A DNA stretch of 64,000 nucleotides, from contig JASEFX010000001.1 in assembly GCA_030018265.1 (NCBI GenBank), positions 53,532 through 117,531 on the forward strand, written 5' to 3'. Below, piece after piece: positions 1 to 10,081 of the stretch. Position 1 is the first letter of the stretch, and every line of letters begins with the position of its first letter. Made by a program: the position numbers and the translations under genes. Origin of the DNA: Candidatus Saccharicenans sp. Its GTDB lineage: Bacteria; Acidobacteriota; Aminicenantia; Aminicenantales; Saccharicenantaceae. The notes under the pieces are model-generated. The model saw nothing but the letters and a program-made list of their open reading frames with translations. It did not search any database and was not told the DNA's origin.

Positions 1-1
1 C

Positions 2-1681
2 GAATATTCTGACGGCTTTTTTCCAGAAATCCGGAAATTCCATCCTTTTTCTCTCCACCGTCCGTCGCTCGGTGTTGTAGTAGCTCAGGTGGTTGAATTT
101 TACCAGCAGTTCGTCGCCCAGCTGCCACCAGGCCCGGATGACGTCTTCAGCGTTATCCAGGCAGACGGAAGTAAGAAAATCTGAGGCCCGGGCCGGGCTT
201 TTCCGGTAAAGTTCGAGAGCCTTTCCGTCTATTTCCGGTATTCTCGAGATCATTCCGTCTTCCCATTTTTCCCTCGCTTTTTTTATTTCTTCTATGGCCA
301 GAGAGTAAGCCACCTGCGCGTGGAAGTCGACGTAATCGAATGCCCAGCGGGCGGAGGCGCGGTTAAACACCCAGTGGTCGCCGACACTGAAGGAAGCCGG
401 CAGCGCTTTTATCCCGGCGTAAAAGGGCATATAACAGGAAGTGTCCTGAGCGCCCCAGGCCAGCCAGACTATTCCTCCGATCGCCGGCGGCAGCCAGTGG
501 CGGCACTGGGTTACCGTTGTATATTCAGCCTGGCTGACGCTGATCAGACGAGCCGAGCGGTCATAGTTCGGGTTTTTGTAAGGTCCGCCCCTTATGCCCC
601 GGGTCGGGTCAAAGAAACTGCCGTAGCCTTTATCCCTGGTTAATTCCATCACATCCTTTACCGATAGCGGCCGGTCAGGTTTTACGGAAAAGGGAAATTC
701 GATGTTTGGAAGCGCCGGAGAAAATTTCGATGAGGGAGAAACCAGGTCAAAAAAGCGCCAGAGACGGGCTCGTCTCGGATCGGTCCGGGCGCTTCCCTCG
801 ACCGGGCTGTAAGCTTTTTTCCAGCTGAAGGGCTCACCGCTTTTCGGGTCCCAGAAGCCGTTTTCCACCGCGCAGGAGATGACGTTCGGAGAAGCCATGA
901 AGTAGTCCGGGTTGTTCAGGTCGATCTCGCCGATTCTTGATTCGTTGGGACAGACACAGACATGGTCATCAGGAACTCTCTGGGCGCACCAGACCGCGCC
1001 CGGCTTGCCGCTCTCCGGAGTCCAGAAAGGTCCGACCGGCATGATTTCAAAAACCCAGACTTCATCGGGGTCAGCCACCGCTAACATTTCCCCGCCGTCC
1101 TCGCCGCCGTAGCCGTATTTTTCCGCCAGCGAGCCGATCAATTTTATGGCTTCCCGGGCGGTGCGGCACCTTTCCATCGCCAGCAGGGTGAGCATGGTGA
1201 TGTTGAACACGGGAGTGCGGGTCGGGTTGGACAGCTTCGGCCGGTTGCCGATGGTCGATTCGCCTATGGCTAATTGCTGGTCGTTCATATAACCGAAGAC
1301 CCCGTGTACATAACCGTAAGTGTGGGGAACTTCGGGAATCTCAACTCCGGTGAAATCTTTTTTTATCAGATCCCATTTCAGACCCTGTTCGGGTGGCCAG
1401 GTCCTGGTCTGAGAGATCCTGTAGATTTTTCTGGTCGAGCCAGGTTTGTGGTCGGCCGGCGGGACGTAGCGCCAGGTCCAGTCGCACAGGCCGCAGTCGG
1501 CCGTGTGAGTGGTCATGGTCGATCCGTCAGCCGATGCTTTTTTGCCCACGATGATTACCGTGCAATGTTCACCGCTAAGTTCCCTCTGTTCTACAGTAGA
1601 ATCGGAAGTGGTTCCTGATAGCCAGAACAAGACCACCAGAAGGAGCGTCAGAACCGTCAGCGTTGAAAGAATTTTTTTCAT
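2..1681 (-). CDS. Peptidase C69 family dipeptidase (secreted Ntn-hydrolase), truncated at the window start
   Basis: Missing from the ORF track and translated by hand. Signal peptide MKKILSTLTVLTLLLVVLFW, then CTVIIVGKKASADGSTMTTHTAD (N-terminal nucleophile Cys motif), MNDQQLAIGEST, ERCRTAREAI and WCAQRVPDD. AGGAG RBS upstream. No stop before position 1. Confidence 0.88.
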   Translation of the reverse strand, partial: MKKILSTLTVLTLLLVVLFWLSGTTSDSTVEQRELSGEHCTVIIVGKKASADGSTMTTHTADCGLCDWTWRYVPPADHKPGSTRKIYRISQTRTWPPEQGLKWDLIKKDFTGVEIPEVPHTYGYVHGVFGYMNDQQLAIGESTIGNRPKLSNPTRTPVFNITMLTLLAMERCRTAREAIKLIGSLAEKYGYGGEDGGEMLAVADPDEVWVFEIMPVGPFWTPESGKPGAVWCAQRVPDDHVCVCPNESRIGEIDLNNPDYFMASPNVISCAVENGFWDPKSGEPFSWKKAYSPVEGSARTDPRRARLWRFFDLVSPSSKFSPALPNIEFPFSVKPDRPLSVKDVMELTRDKGYGSFFDPTRGIRGGPYKNPNYDRSARLISVSQAEYTTVTQCRHWLPPAIGGIVWLAWGAQDTSCYMPFYAGIKALPASFSVGDHWVFNRASARWAFDYVDFHAQVAYSLAIEEIKKAREKWEDGMISRIPEIDGKALELYRKSPARASDFLTSVCLDNAEDVIRAWWQLGDELLVKFNHLSYYNTERRTVERKRMEFPDFWKKAVRIF

Positions 1682-1741
1682 CAGCCTGTTTCTCCTGCAA
1701 TCAATTCCCGCGCGGCTTCAGGAGTAAGCTGCCGGGTGTAT

Positions 1742-2914
1742 CTAAAAAGTTATGACCTTTTCTTTTTTCGCGGTGGCTGGATTTTGAAAATAGTATCCGA
1801 TGCCTTTTTCTACCACTTCTGAATACCTCGGAACGTTTTCCACGATGATGGCGCGTCCGGGATGGCGGCGCGAATATTGTTTTATTATTTCCAGACTGAC
1901 CGAAAGATGCTGCCCGACTCTCCGCTCGAGAGGCCAGCCCGATTCGTCATAGGAGACAAAAAGTTTTTTCCGGCGTGAAAGACTCAACAAAAATTCATCC
2001 CGGCCGTCGAGAAAAAGCTGCTCGCTTTTCGGTCCGGTGGGCTGATCGAGGAAGGGAATCGGAGCTTCGAGAAGAAAAGGGAGTGTGTCGGAATAATCTC
2101 CGATTTCCCGGTGCGACAATCCTCGAAACTTTTCAGGGGAAGATTCCACGTGACTTTCGAAACCCTCGACCGCTTTGACCGTCAGAGCGGCCAGCGTGGC
2201 GATTCTCATCGATTTTTCCGGGGCAACGATGCAGTTGGTCACGGGAAACATGGTTTCCGCCCCGTGCAGGTCGATGGCCAGGTCGACCTTATGGTTGCGC
2301 AGGAGTTCCATAGCGGCAAAGGTCACCTGTTCCATCGGCATGCCGTTATGACGTCCGGGCCAGGTTCGGTTGGTGTTTCTGATGTCCAGATAGGAGAGCA
2401 TCTGTTTTTCCGGAAAGTGGATGTAGACATCGGGGTCAGGCCACTGGTCAAGAGGGGAGGCATCCCGGTTGCCCATCCTGAATTTCTTTTTACCCCAGGG
2501 AGTTTCCACCGAAAAATAAACCGGATATCCTTCTCCGGGTCTGGTGTTAAGGCTGGCGCTGCGGTTAAAACAGGGAATGACGTAAAGCGTTCCCTTTTTC
2601 ACCACCGCATTTTCCACGATAAGGGCTGCTGCCAGCAAACCTTCGGGTTCATTCGCATGGGTGTTTCCGATGATCAGTGCGCTTCCTCCCGGTTCGGTTC
2701 CGCTCAGAACAAAAACTGGCGTATCCGCGGCTGTATTCCTGAGGTCCGGAAGAAAATCGCTCAACATCAGTATTTCGGTAACGCCTGGCCCGCAGACCAC
2801 TTCCATCGAACTCGCTCGATGCCGGTAAAGCGGCCAGCCGCCGACCACAAGCAGAGCCAGGACCATAGCGGAAGCTGTGATTTTGAAAGTTGAACTGACT
2901 TTCTTCATGATCAA
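1742..2914 (-). CDS. Succinylglutamate desuccinylase/aspartoacylase (M14-like) Zn deacylase with N-terminal membrane anchor
   Basis: HANE (HxxE), NTNRTWPG, IDLHG and C-terminal LLEAP motifs. Hydrophobic N-terminus. Confidence 0.8.
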   Translation of the reverse strand: MIMKKVSSTFKITASAMVLALLVVGGWPLYRHRASSMEVVCGPGVTEILMLSDFLPDLRNTAADTPVFVLSGTEPGGSALIIGNTHANEPEGLLAAALIVENAVVKKGTLYVIPCFNRSASLNTRPGEGYPVYFSVETPWGKKKFRMGNRDASPLDQWPDPDVYIHFPEKQMLSYLDIRNTNRTWPGRHNGMPMEQVTFAAMELLRNHKVDLAIDLHGAETMFPVTNCIVAPEKSMRIATLAALTVKAVEGFESHVESSPEKFRGLSHREIGDYSDTLPFLLEAPIPFLDQPTGPKSEQLFLDGRDEFLLSLSRRKKLFVSYDESGWPLERRVGQHLSVSLEIIKQYSRRHPGRAIIVENVPRYSEVVEKGIGYYFQNPATAKKEKVITF

Positions 2915-2919
2915 AACCT

Positions 2920-3081
2920 TTACTTTACCCGGAAAAGCCTGAGAATAAAAGGAATTAACACGATTAAATAAAGCAGCGCCCGGTCCCGGCTTTCTTTTTC
3001 CTGGATGAAATTTTTCAGCACGATGGCCACAAAAAAAGCGCTTATAAGGTAATAAATAATCATGACAATTTTAGCTATCAT
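2920..3081 (-). CDS. Small 53-aa two-helix membrane protein
   Basis: Hand translation MIAKIVMIIYYLISAFFVAIVLKNFIQEKESRDRALLYLIVLIPFILRLFRVK*. It fills the gap between the transporter and the deacylase on the same strand. Confidence 0.75.
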   Translation of the reverse strand: MIAKIVMIIYYLISAFFVAIVLKNFIQEKESRDRALLYLIVLIPFILRLFRVK

Positions 3082-3105
3082 TTTTAACCGTCCTGCCTTT
3101 TTTCA

Positions 3106-4407
3106 TCATCCCGTTACCAGGAATTTAAGCTTTGCGCTGAAAATGATCATCAACATACCGGTGGCCGTGATTATCAACCAGGGAACCCAGGTTTCTTTAA
3201 GAAACTGCCAGTATTTTCCCTGATATCCTGAAACCATCACGCTCAACCTTCCGATCAGAGCGGTTGGAGGCAACCCGTCTCCGAGAGGCCAGAGAAGGCT
3301 GAGACCGGAAATGACGATGGTCGCGTGGTAGCCCAGAGAATTAAGATACCAGACGAGCGGAATGCCGATTATGGCTGCTCCGCCGTAGGTTAAAACGCCT
3401 TCAGAAACCGGTATGATCACGGGCAACAGGCAAAAAAGAAGTCCCAGCGGAATGATAAGAACAGAATAAGAAATAAGTCCCTTGACCCCGCTGGCTGAAA
3501 GAATTTGCTGCAGCATCCCAACTATCACCATGATGGCCAGAAGCGGCAGCAATTTGCTCACGGTCTCTGAAGCGACCTTTATTAAGTTCAACCTGACCGG
3601 ACTCAGAACCAGAGCTACCAGAGAAGCTATCAGGAATTCCAGAGGAAGTCCGAGCACAGGGAAGTTGAACGGATACACCCGGTAGGCGAGAACCAGACCG
3701 AAGAACACCAGAAACGGCAGGAGCAGCCGGAGCCAGTTCATTCCCGGATGCGGAGTTATCTTTTCCAGGAAAGAATCTATTTCGTCCGCGCCTTTCCTTC
3801 TTCCGAGAATTACCACAGTCAGGGTGCCGAGGATGATGACCGGAAGCCCGAGCGGCAGTTCAAAACCGACATACGGAATGGCCGTGCCGGCGCACAGCAC
3901 CATCGCCCAGATGTTTACCGGCGGAGCCGCGGCAGCCAGGCCGGCCAGGATAAAAAGAATCGCCGGGATTTTCTCTTCCTCAACCCCGAGCCCTTTGAGC
4001 GCCAGGGCCACCGGGGTTCCCACAACCAGTAGAGAAACGCTGCCGGCTCCGGTCAGAGCGCCGGGAATAAGAACAATCACCATCAGCAGAAATAGAGCCA
4101 GGAATCGGGCACGATAAAAACGAACGACGGTGCGGCGGACGGCAAAGTCAACTCCTCCTGATTTCTGGATGATCGTTATGAATAGGGTGGCCGTAAAAAA
4201 AACCAGGATGACATCAAGATAGGTAAACGAGCCTTCAACCAGATGTCTCGGGATTTCTGCGGGCGGCGGCGAGCTGAAAATGGAACCTGCCAGAGCTCCG
4301 CCGATGGTAGCGGCCAGCAGGCTCAATTCCACCGAAAGTTTCTGCCATTTAGCCAGCGAGTAAAATACGATGATAATGGCTGCTATCAGCAGTGTCCTGA
4401 AAAGCAT
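3106..4407 (-). CDS. Ion-transporter superfamily (DctM/TRAP-large or GntP-like) permease
   Basis: 433 aa with about 11-12 hydrophobic segments and ALTGAG, AAAPPVN and LPPTAL hairpin motifs. Confidence 0.75.
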   Translation of the reverse strand: MLFRTLLIAAIIIVFYSLAKWQKLSVELSLLAATIGGALAGSIFSSPPPAEIPRHLVEGSFTYLDVILVFFTATLFITIIQKSGGVDFAVRRTVVRFYRARFLALFLLMVIVLIPGALTGAGSVSLLVVGTPVALALKGLGVEEEKIPAILFILAGLAAAAPPVNIWAMVLCAGTAIPYVGFELPLGLPVIILGTLTVVILGRRKGADEIDSFLEKITPHPGMNWLRLLLPFLVFFGLVLAYRVYPFNFPVLGLPLEFLIASLVALVLSPVRLNLIKVASETVSKLLPLLAIMVIVGMLQQILSASGVKGLISYSVLIIPLGLLFCLLPVIIPVSEGVLTYGGAAIIGIPLVWYLNSLGYHATIVISGLSLLWPLGDGLPPTALIGRLSVMVSGYQGKYWQFLKETWVPWLIITATGMLMIIFSAKLKFLVTG

Positions 4408-4544
4408 GATAAAAAATCTTACTCACTTCTCCCGAACAATGCAAACTTTTTTTCTCTGATGGGGTTTTCATAATGCCAGCCGGAGAGGCCAGAGCATTAT
4501 GAACCTGGCCGGCGCCGGCATTTCAAATGAAAATAAAATTTTCT

Positions 4545-5300
4545 TCAGAAGAGCAATTCGTAATCAAGCTGGTTTCTCTTCAGCTCCTCGACCAGAAGGT
4601 CAGCTGTCCTTCGAAAAAATTCCGGGCTGACGTATCGGGTCAGGTTATGATTCCGGTAAAAATTCATGAACTGTTCGGCGTAATTCAGCCGGTCGATAAA
4701 AACTCTATCCACCAGACCGCGCAAAATGTTGACCAGCCGGATCGGATTCTGGGGCAGCAGCGGTCCGACGAAGGCAAATGTCTTTATGTTTTTGTTTTTG
4801 ATTTTCTCCAGAGCCAGCAGGCGCCGGCTGATTGAGGGCGCGCCGGGTTCGAAAAGTGCCGCTGTTCGGTCGTCGTCGGTGGCGATGGAAAACCCGACTT
4901 CTATTTCCTTTATTTCCTGAAGCAGTTCTACATCCCTGACCACCAGGTCGGACTTAGTCTGGATGAAAACCGGAAAATCAAACTGTCGGAGAATTCCCAG
5001 ACATTTTCTTGTAAGTTGATAGCGAGCTTCCACCGGCTGATAAGGATCACAAACGGAAGAAATCCAGACAGTACCTTTTTTCGCTCGCGGCAGCTGGCGG
5101 CGCAGGAGTTCCGGAGCGTTCACTTTAATATCGACAAACTCGCCCCAGGGTTCGGCATGACCCGAATAACGGCGCATAAAAAGACCGGCGTAGCAGTAAC
5201 GGCAGGCATGGCTGCAGCCGGTATAAGGATTCAGACAGTAATCAAATATCTTTGACCTGTTCAGGATGCTCTTTGCCTGGATTTCTCTTATTCTGGCCAT
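4545..5300 (-). CDS. Radical SAM protein, SplB/spore photoproduct lyase-like family
   Basis: LNPYTGCSHACRYCYA (CxxxCxxC), SSVCDPYQP and QTKS. Start moved to ATG 5300 (MARIREIQAKSIL). Confidence 0.85.
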   Translation of the reverse strand: MARIREIQAKSILNRSKIFDYCLNPYTGCSHACRYCYAGLFMRRYSGHAEPWGEFVDIKVNAPELLRRQLPRAKKGTVWISSVCDPYQPVEARYQLTRKCLGILRQFDFPVFIQTKSDLVVRDVELLQEIKEIEVGFSIATDDDRTAALFEPGAPSISRRLLALEKIKNKNIKTFAFVGPLLPQNPIRLVNILRGLVDRVFIDRLNYAEQFMNFYRNHNLTRYVSPEFFRRTADLLVEELKRNQLDYELLF

Positions 5301-5465
5301 TTGAGCCACCCTTGATATTATTAGCACATTCAGGATGAAAAAAGCAGTTTTGATGGCAGTTAAGGCAAAATTTTCCGAAACCATTTCGGGGGATTAAAGT
5401 TGAAACAGTTTCCTGAAATTTGGGTTATAATATCAATGATGAAACAAAAAAAGGAGGAGGAATCA

Positions 5466-8400
5466 ATGGGCTCTTTCAGAAATAAACGAGCTGCGATTAT
5501 CCCTTTGCTTTTAACACTGTTTCTGCTCGTCTGGCTCACTCCACTTCAGGCTCAGTATTTTGGCCGCAACAAAGTTCAGTACAGGAAATTTGATTTCAGA
5601 ATAATGAAGACCAGGCATTTTGATGTTTATTTCTACCAGGAAGATGAGGAAGTGGTAAAGCAGGCGGCGATGATGGCTGAGCGCTGGTATGCCCGGTTGA
5701 GCCGCATCTTCAACCATGAACTGAAGGGGCGGCAGGCCCTGATCATTTACTCCAGCAGCCCTGAATTCCAGCAAACCACCGTCATCCCGGAGACCCTGGG
5801 AGAAGGAACAGGTGGCGTGACTGAATCGTTTAAGAGGAGAATAGTTCTGCCGTACGGCGTTTCCATGGCTGAAACAGACCACGTCATCGGTCATGAACTG
5901 GTCCACGCCTTTCAGTACGATATTGCCGGTCAGGGTCATTCGGACCAGGCCAGATACACCGGAGCGGAGCTGAGGGTCCCTCTCTTTCTGATAGAGGGTC
6001 TGGCTGAATATCTCTCGATCGGGCCGGTTGACACCCAGACTTCAATGTGGATGAGGGATACCTGGAAGAGGAAGGACCTGCCTCAGATCAGGAAGCTGGA
6101 GAACTATTACCGTTACTTCCCCTATAGATACGGACATGCAGTCTGGGCTTACATCGGCGGCCGCTGGGGAGATGAAATGATCGGCAAAATTTTCCGGATG
6201 CTCGCCCGGAGCGGAGACTATGAATCGGTGCTTCAGGGAGTTCTTGGAGTGCCTCTTAAAAAGCTTTCTGAAGACTGGCATAAATCAATGGAGGAAGCCT
6301 ATAAAGACCTGGTTCCGCTGACAGAAACTCCGGATCGTCTCGGTCGCCTTTTGATCAAAGGAGTCGAAGATAACCCTTACAACATCTCCCCGGTTTTAAG
6401 CCCGGACGGTGAGCACATGATTTTCTTTTCATCGCGAGCTCTTTTCTCGGTTGACCTCTATCTGGCAGACCCGAAGACTGGAAAGATTCAGAGGAAGCTC
6501 ACTTCAACTGACATAGACCCCCATTTCGAGAGCATTCAATTCATCAGGTCAGCCGGAGCCTGGGCGCCCGACAGCCAGAGAATCGTGCTTGGAACCGTAA
6601 GCAAGGGACGGCCGCAGCTGACCATCATGAATGCTCTGACCGGAAAAATCGAAAGAGAAATTCCTTTTCCTGAACTGGGAGAAATTCTGCATCCATCCTG
6701 GTCGCCGGACGGAAAGAAAATTGCTTTCGCCGCGCTGACCGGGGGAGTAACCGATATTTTTATCTATGACCTTGAAGATAACACGGTAAAGCAGATGACA
6801 AGAGACAGCTTTGGCGACCTGCAGCCGGTCTGGTCTCCCGACGGCAAAAAGATAGCTTTTGTCACTGAAAGATTCAGCGCGAACCTGCAGTGGCTCGATT
6901 CAGGAAATTATGACCTGGCCTTGCTGGACGTCGATTACGGGCAGATTACCCGAGTTCTGGCATTTCCCTCCGGCAAGAATGCCAACCCGCAGTGGTCAGA
7001 GGATGGTCAGAGCCTGTTTTTCCTCTCCGACTACACCGGAAAAACAGACCTCTATCGTGTGGACCTCAGGGACGGGAAAATCTATCAGCTCAGCAACCTG
7101 TTTACCGGCATCAGCGGGATAACCGAGCTGAGCCCGGCTATTTCCTATTCTCAGGGCAGCCGGCGGCTGGCGCTTTCAGTCTATGAAAACGGAAGTTACT
7201 CCATCTATGTGATTGACTCACCGGAAAAGCTCCAGGGACAGCCGACGATCGCTCAATTTGGAGAGAGGCCGTTGAACCTTTTGCCGCCGAGAACCCAGCC
7301 GGAAGGAGCTCTGCTCGGGCTGTTAAGAAATCCTCTGTACGGGCTTCCGAGAGAAACTGACTTTCCTGTAACCGGTTATCGGCCGAAACTTTCTCTCGAC
7401 TACATTACCCGGCCCACTCTGGCTGTTGGCGTTGACCGCTACGGGACTTATGCCGGCGGAGGCATAGCCGCTTTCTGGAGCGATATGCTCGGTTATCACA
7501 CAGTGGTGACCATGGCCCAGACCAACTACGAATTGATAGACAGTTTTGCTCTGGTCGGCTACATGAACACAAAAAACCGGGTGAACTGGGGAGCGGTTCT
7601 CCAGCGGGTGCCTTATGTTTATGGCTCTTACGGTGCATATTACACTGAAATGGGAGGCATTCCCGTCTACGTTGAGGAAGAGTATCTCAACCGTCAGATT
7701 GCCTACCAACTGAGCGGTTTTGCCTACTATCCTTTTAACGTGTTCAGAAGGGTTGAATTTTCCGCAGGCTTTAATCTGATCGATTTTAATTCGAGATTAA
7801 CACGTTATATTTACACTCTTGATTACATGCTGATCGACCTTTACCGTCTCGACCTGCCCTCGCCATCGTCAATAAAATACGGATACGTATCGGCCGCGCT
7901 GGTTTACGACAGTTCGCTCTTCGGGGCCTGCAGCCCGATTACCGGTCAGGCTTACCTGCTGGAGGTTCAGCCGAACTTTGGAGACCTGAACTTCGTCAGT
8001 CTGCTGGCTGATTACCGGAGATACATAATACCGGCCAAACCATTCACCTTCGCCTTCAGAGTTCTGCATTATGGACGCTACGGAAAGGGTGGAAACGATC
8101 AACGTCTCTGGCCTCTTTTCCTCGGCTATGAAACTCTGGTCAGAGGATATGATTATAACAGCTTCAATTACAACGAGTTTGTCGAAAACTCAGGCGAGTT
8201 TTTTGATTTTGACCGTCTGCTCGGCTCGAGGATTCTCGTGGCCAACGTCGAACTGAGGTTTCCTGTTTTCAGGGTTCTCGGGATCGGCAGAGGATACTAT
8301 GGCGTCTGGCCGCTGGAATTTCTGGCCTTTTACGACATCGGCACCGCCTGGTATGGCGGAGAGAAGCCCAGCTGGTTTGGCGGCGAGAAGAAACCGGTAT

Positions 8401-8528
8401 CCAGCACCGGAGTCGGCCTGAGAACGAACCTTTTCGGAGTGCTGGTGCTCGGCTTTGACTACGTCTATCCGTTCAGCCGCCCGGGGAAGGGCTGGCACTG
8501 GCAGTTCACCATCACTCCGGGCTTTTAG
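5466..8528 (+). CDS. Omp85-family protein with N-terminal Zn-metallopeptidase (gluzincin) domain and TolB/PD40 beta-propeller
   Basis: Signal peptide, HELVH plus EGLAEY, and repeated PxWSPDGKKIAF. The C-terminal barrel has LVRGY, NVELRFP and a terminal Phe. AGGAGG RBS before ATG 5466. Confidence 0.82.
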   Translation: MGSFRNKRAAIIPLLLTLFLLVWLTPLQAQYFGRNKVQYRKFDFRIMKTRHFDVYFYQEDEEVVKQAAMMAERWYARLSRIFNHELKGRQALIIYSSSPEFQQTTVIPETLGEGTGGVTESFKRRIVLPYGVSMAETDHVIGHELVHAFQYDIAGQGHSDQARYTGAELRVPLFLIEGLAEYLSIGPVDTQTSMWMRDTWKRKDLPQIRKLENYYRYFPYRYGHAVWAYIGGRWGDEMIGKIFRMLARSGDYESVLQGVLGVPLKKLSEDWHKSMEEAYKDLVPLTETPDRLGRLLIKGVEDNPYNISPVLSPDGEHMIFFSSRALFSVDLYLADPKTGKIQRKLTSTDIDPHFESIQFIRSAGAWAPDSQRIVLGTVSKGRPQLTIMNALTGKIEREIPFPELGEILHPSWSPDGKKIAFAALTGGVTDIFIYDLEDNTVKQMTRDSFGDLQPVWSPDGKKIAFVTERFSANLQWLDSGNYDLALLDVDYGQITRVLAFPSGKNANPQWSEDGQSLFFLSDYTGKTDLYRVDLRDGKIYQLSNLFTGISGITELSPAISYSQGSRRLALSVYENGSYSIYVIDSPEKLQGQPTIAQFGERPLNLLPPRTQPEGALLGLLRNPLYGLPRETDFPVTGYRPKLSLDYITRPTLAVGVDRYGTYAGGGIAAFWSDMLGYHTVVTMAQTNYELIDSFALVGYMNTKNRVNWGAVLQRVPYVYGSYGAYYTEMGGIPVYVEEEYLNRQIAYQLSGFAYYPFNVFRRVEFSAGFNLIDFNSRLTRYIYTLDYMLIDLYRLDLPSPSSIKYGYVSAALVYDSSLFGACSPITGQAYLLEVQPNFGDLNFVSLLADYRRYIIPAKPFTFAFRVLHYGRYGKGGNDQRLWPLFLGYETLVRGYDYNSFNYNEFVENSGEFFDFDRLLGSRILVANVELRFPVFRVLGIGRGYYGVWPLEFLAFYDIGTAWYGGEKPSWFGGEKKPVSSTGVGLRTNLFGVLVLGFDYVYPFSRPGKGWHWQFTITPGF

Positions 8529-8530
8529 TG

Positions 8531-10024
8531 TCAGTTGTTGATTTCTTTGATGTAGATGTTCCTGAAGTAAACTGGCGACAGGCTGTCGTGATTCTGCAGT
8601 CCGATGTAGCCTTCCCGGGCAAAATCCTTTACCTTGCCTCGAGGTTCTGCTTTCCAGTCGACCACCTTTTCCCCGTTGAGCTCGACGGTAATCCGGTCAC
8701 CTATGAAGGAAATCCGGAAATGATTCCACTCGCCGGTTGGCTTTGAAGCCAGGCGAGAGGGAGCCTGGGCGTCATAAACTGCACCGGTCATGTGGATGCC
8801 TTCACCGGCGTCATAAATCTGGATTTCGAATGAATGATAGATGTAATCGTCGCTGGTCGGGACTTCCGGCACACGGAGAAAAACGCCTGAATTGGTGTCT
8901 TTGCGGGAACATTTGAACTCCAGCTCGAGAACAAAATCCCTGAATTTTTTCCGGCTGTACCAGAGCAGGCCCATACCGCCCTGGGACTTCAGGATTCCGG
9001 TCTTCGGGTCTAGTTCAAAATAGCCAGGTCCGTAATGATTCCAGCCGTGTTTTTCATAACGGCCTCGATGCCGGCTGAGCAGCTGTTCGTAGCCTTCATA
9101 GTAGGTAACATCTTTTATGAACTCAATTCCCTTTTTTATCGCCGGTTCCGGAGTCATTACCTCCTTTTCGTTTTCGTATTCGACCGTCAGGAAACCGTCA
9201 TAATCCTGAAGGGTGAGCTCGGCCAGCACCTTCCTGATGTCTGCCCGGCCGCTTCCGAAAGCCACATCCTCCGCCATTTTCGTGCCAAAATCGCTGCGGT
9301 CCTTAAGATGCACATCGTAGATGCGGCCGGCTAACATTCTGAGACATTCAACCGGCAGCAGGTTTCCTCTCATCCAGTGGCCGGTGTCGGCGCAGACGCC
9401 AATTCTTTCATTGGCTTCCTTCAGGTATTTAAGAACTGTGGCCGGATGGGCATACTTGCTGGGTTCCGGGTGGTTGTGTATGGCCACTCTGAGGTCGTAT
9501 TCTTGGACCAGTTTGTTCAGGAGCGGATAATCTTCATCGCGGGGTTCGGTGACTATCACCCGGATCCCCAGTTTGCGGGCAAAATCGAAAACCTTCCTCA
9601 TTTCCTCTTCTGTGCGGCCGGTGTCAACCACGCCATAAGCCACCACGCTCATCTTCAGAGAATTGAGTTTCTCCCGCACGAGCTTTAAGTGCTGTTCGTC
9701 AAGGTTATGATTGAAGACGACGTTAGGCGGCAGATCCCTGGAAAGTCTCTGCCCGGGGTAAGCCTGAACGTAATCTATACCCAGAGCTTTAACCTTTTCC
9801 AGCGCTTCGAAAAAGGTGTAGCCGCGATAAGTCCAGCACTGCACCGCCAGCGGAAATTTTTTTATTCTGACTGAAGAATAATCCGTGCTGCTGACCTGCT
9901 TTTTTATTTCTTCCGGGATTATTTTTTCCTGCGCTCTGGTATGAAGCGCCAGGAAAAGGGAGCTTGTGGCCAGCAGACATAAAATCGCCAAAGCAGAAAC
10001 AAAGTTCCTTCTCTTTTGTCTCAT
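8531..10024 (-). CDS. Exported fusion of a sugar-phosphate isomerase/IolE-like TIM barrel and a DUF1080 (3-keto-disaccharide hydrolase) domain
   Basis: TIM barrel motifs AIHNH, CADTGHW, VHLKD and VEYE. DUF1080 motifs NSGVF, EIQI, GEWNH, GYIGLQNH and FRNIYIKE. The N-terminus MRQKRRNFV is signal-like. GGAGG RBS. Confidence 0.85.
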   Translation of the reverse strand: MRQKRRNFVSALAILCLLATSSLFLALHTRAQEKIIPEEIKKQVSSTDYSSVRIKKFPLAVQCWTYRGYTFFEALEKVKALGIDYVQAYPGQRLSRDLPPNVVFNHNLDEQHLKLVREKLNSLKMSVVAYGVVDTGRTEEEMRKVFDFARKLGIRVIVTEPRDEDYPLLNKLVQEYDLRVAIHNHPEPSKYAHPATVLKYLKEANERIGVCADTGHWMRGNLLPVECLRMLAGRIYDVHLKDRSDFGTKMAEDVAFGSGRADIRKVLAELTLQDYDGFLTVEYENEKEVMTPEPAIKKGIEFIKDVTYYEGYEQLLSRHRGRYEKHGWNHYGPGYFELDPKTGILKSQGGMGLLWYSRKKFRDFVLELEFKCSRKDTNSGVFLRVPEVPTSDDYIYHSFEIQIYDAGEGIHMTGAVYDAQAPSRLASKPTGEWNHFRISFIGDRITVELNGEKVVDWKAEPRGKVKDFAREGYIGLQNHDSLSPVYFRNIYIKEINN

Positions 10025-10081
10025 ATTTGCCTCCGGCAAAATATTTTTTTCTTAATTATTAAGCAATGGCCGGATGAGCGA

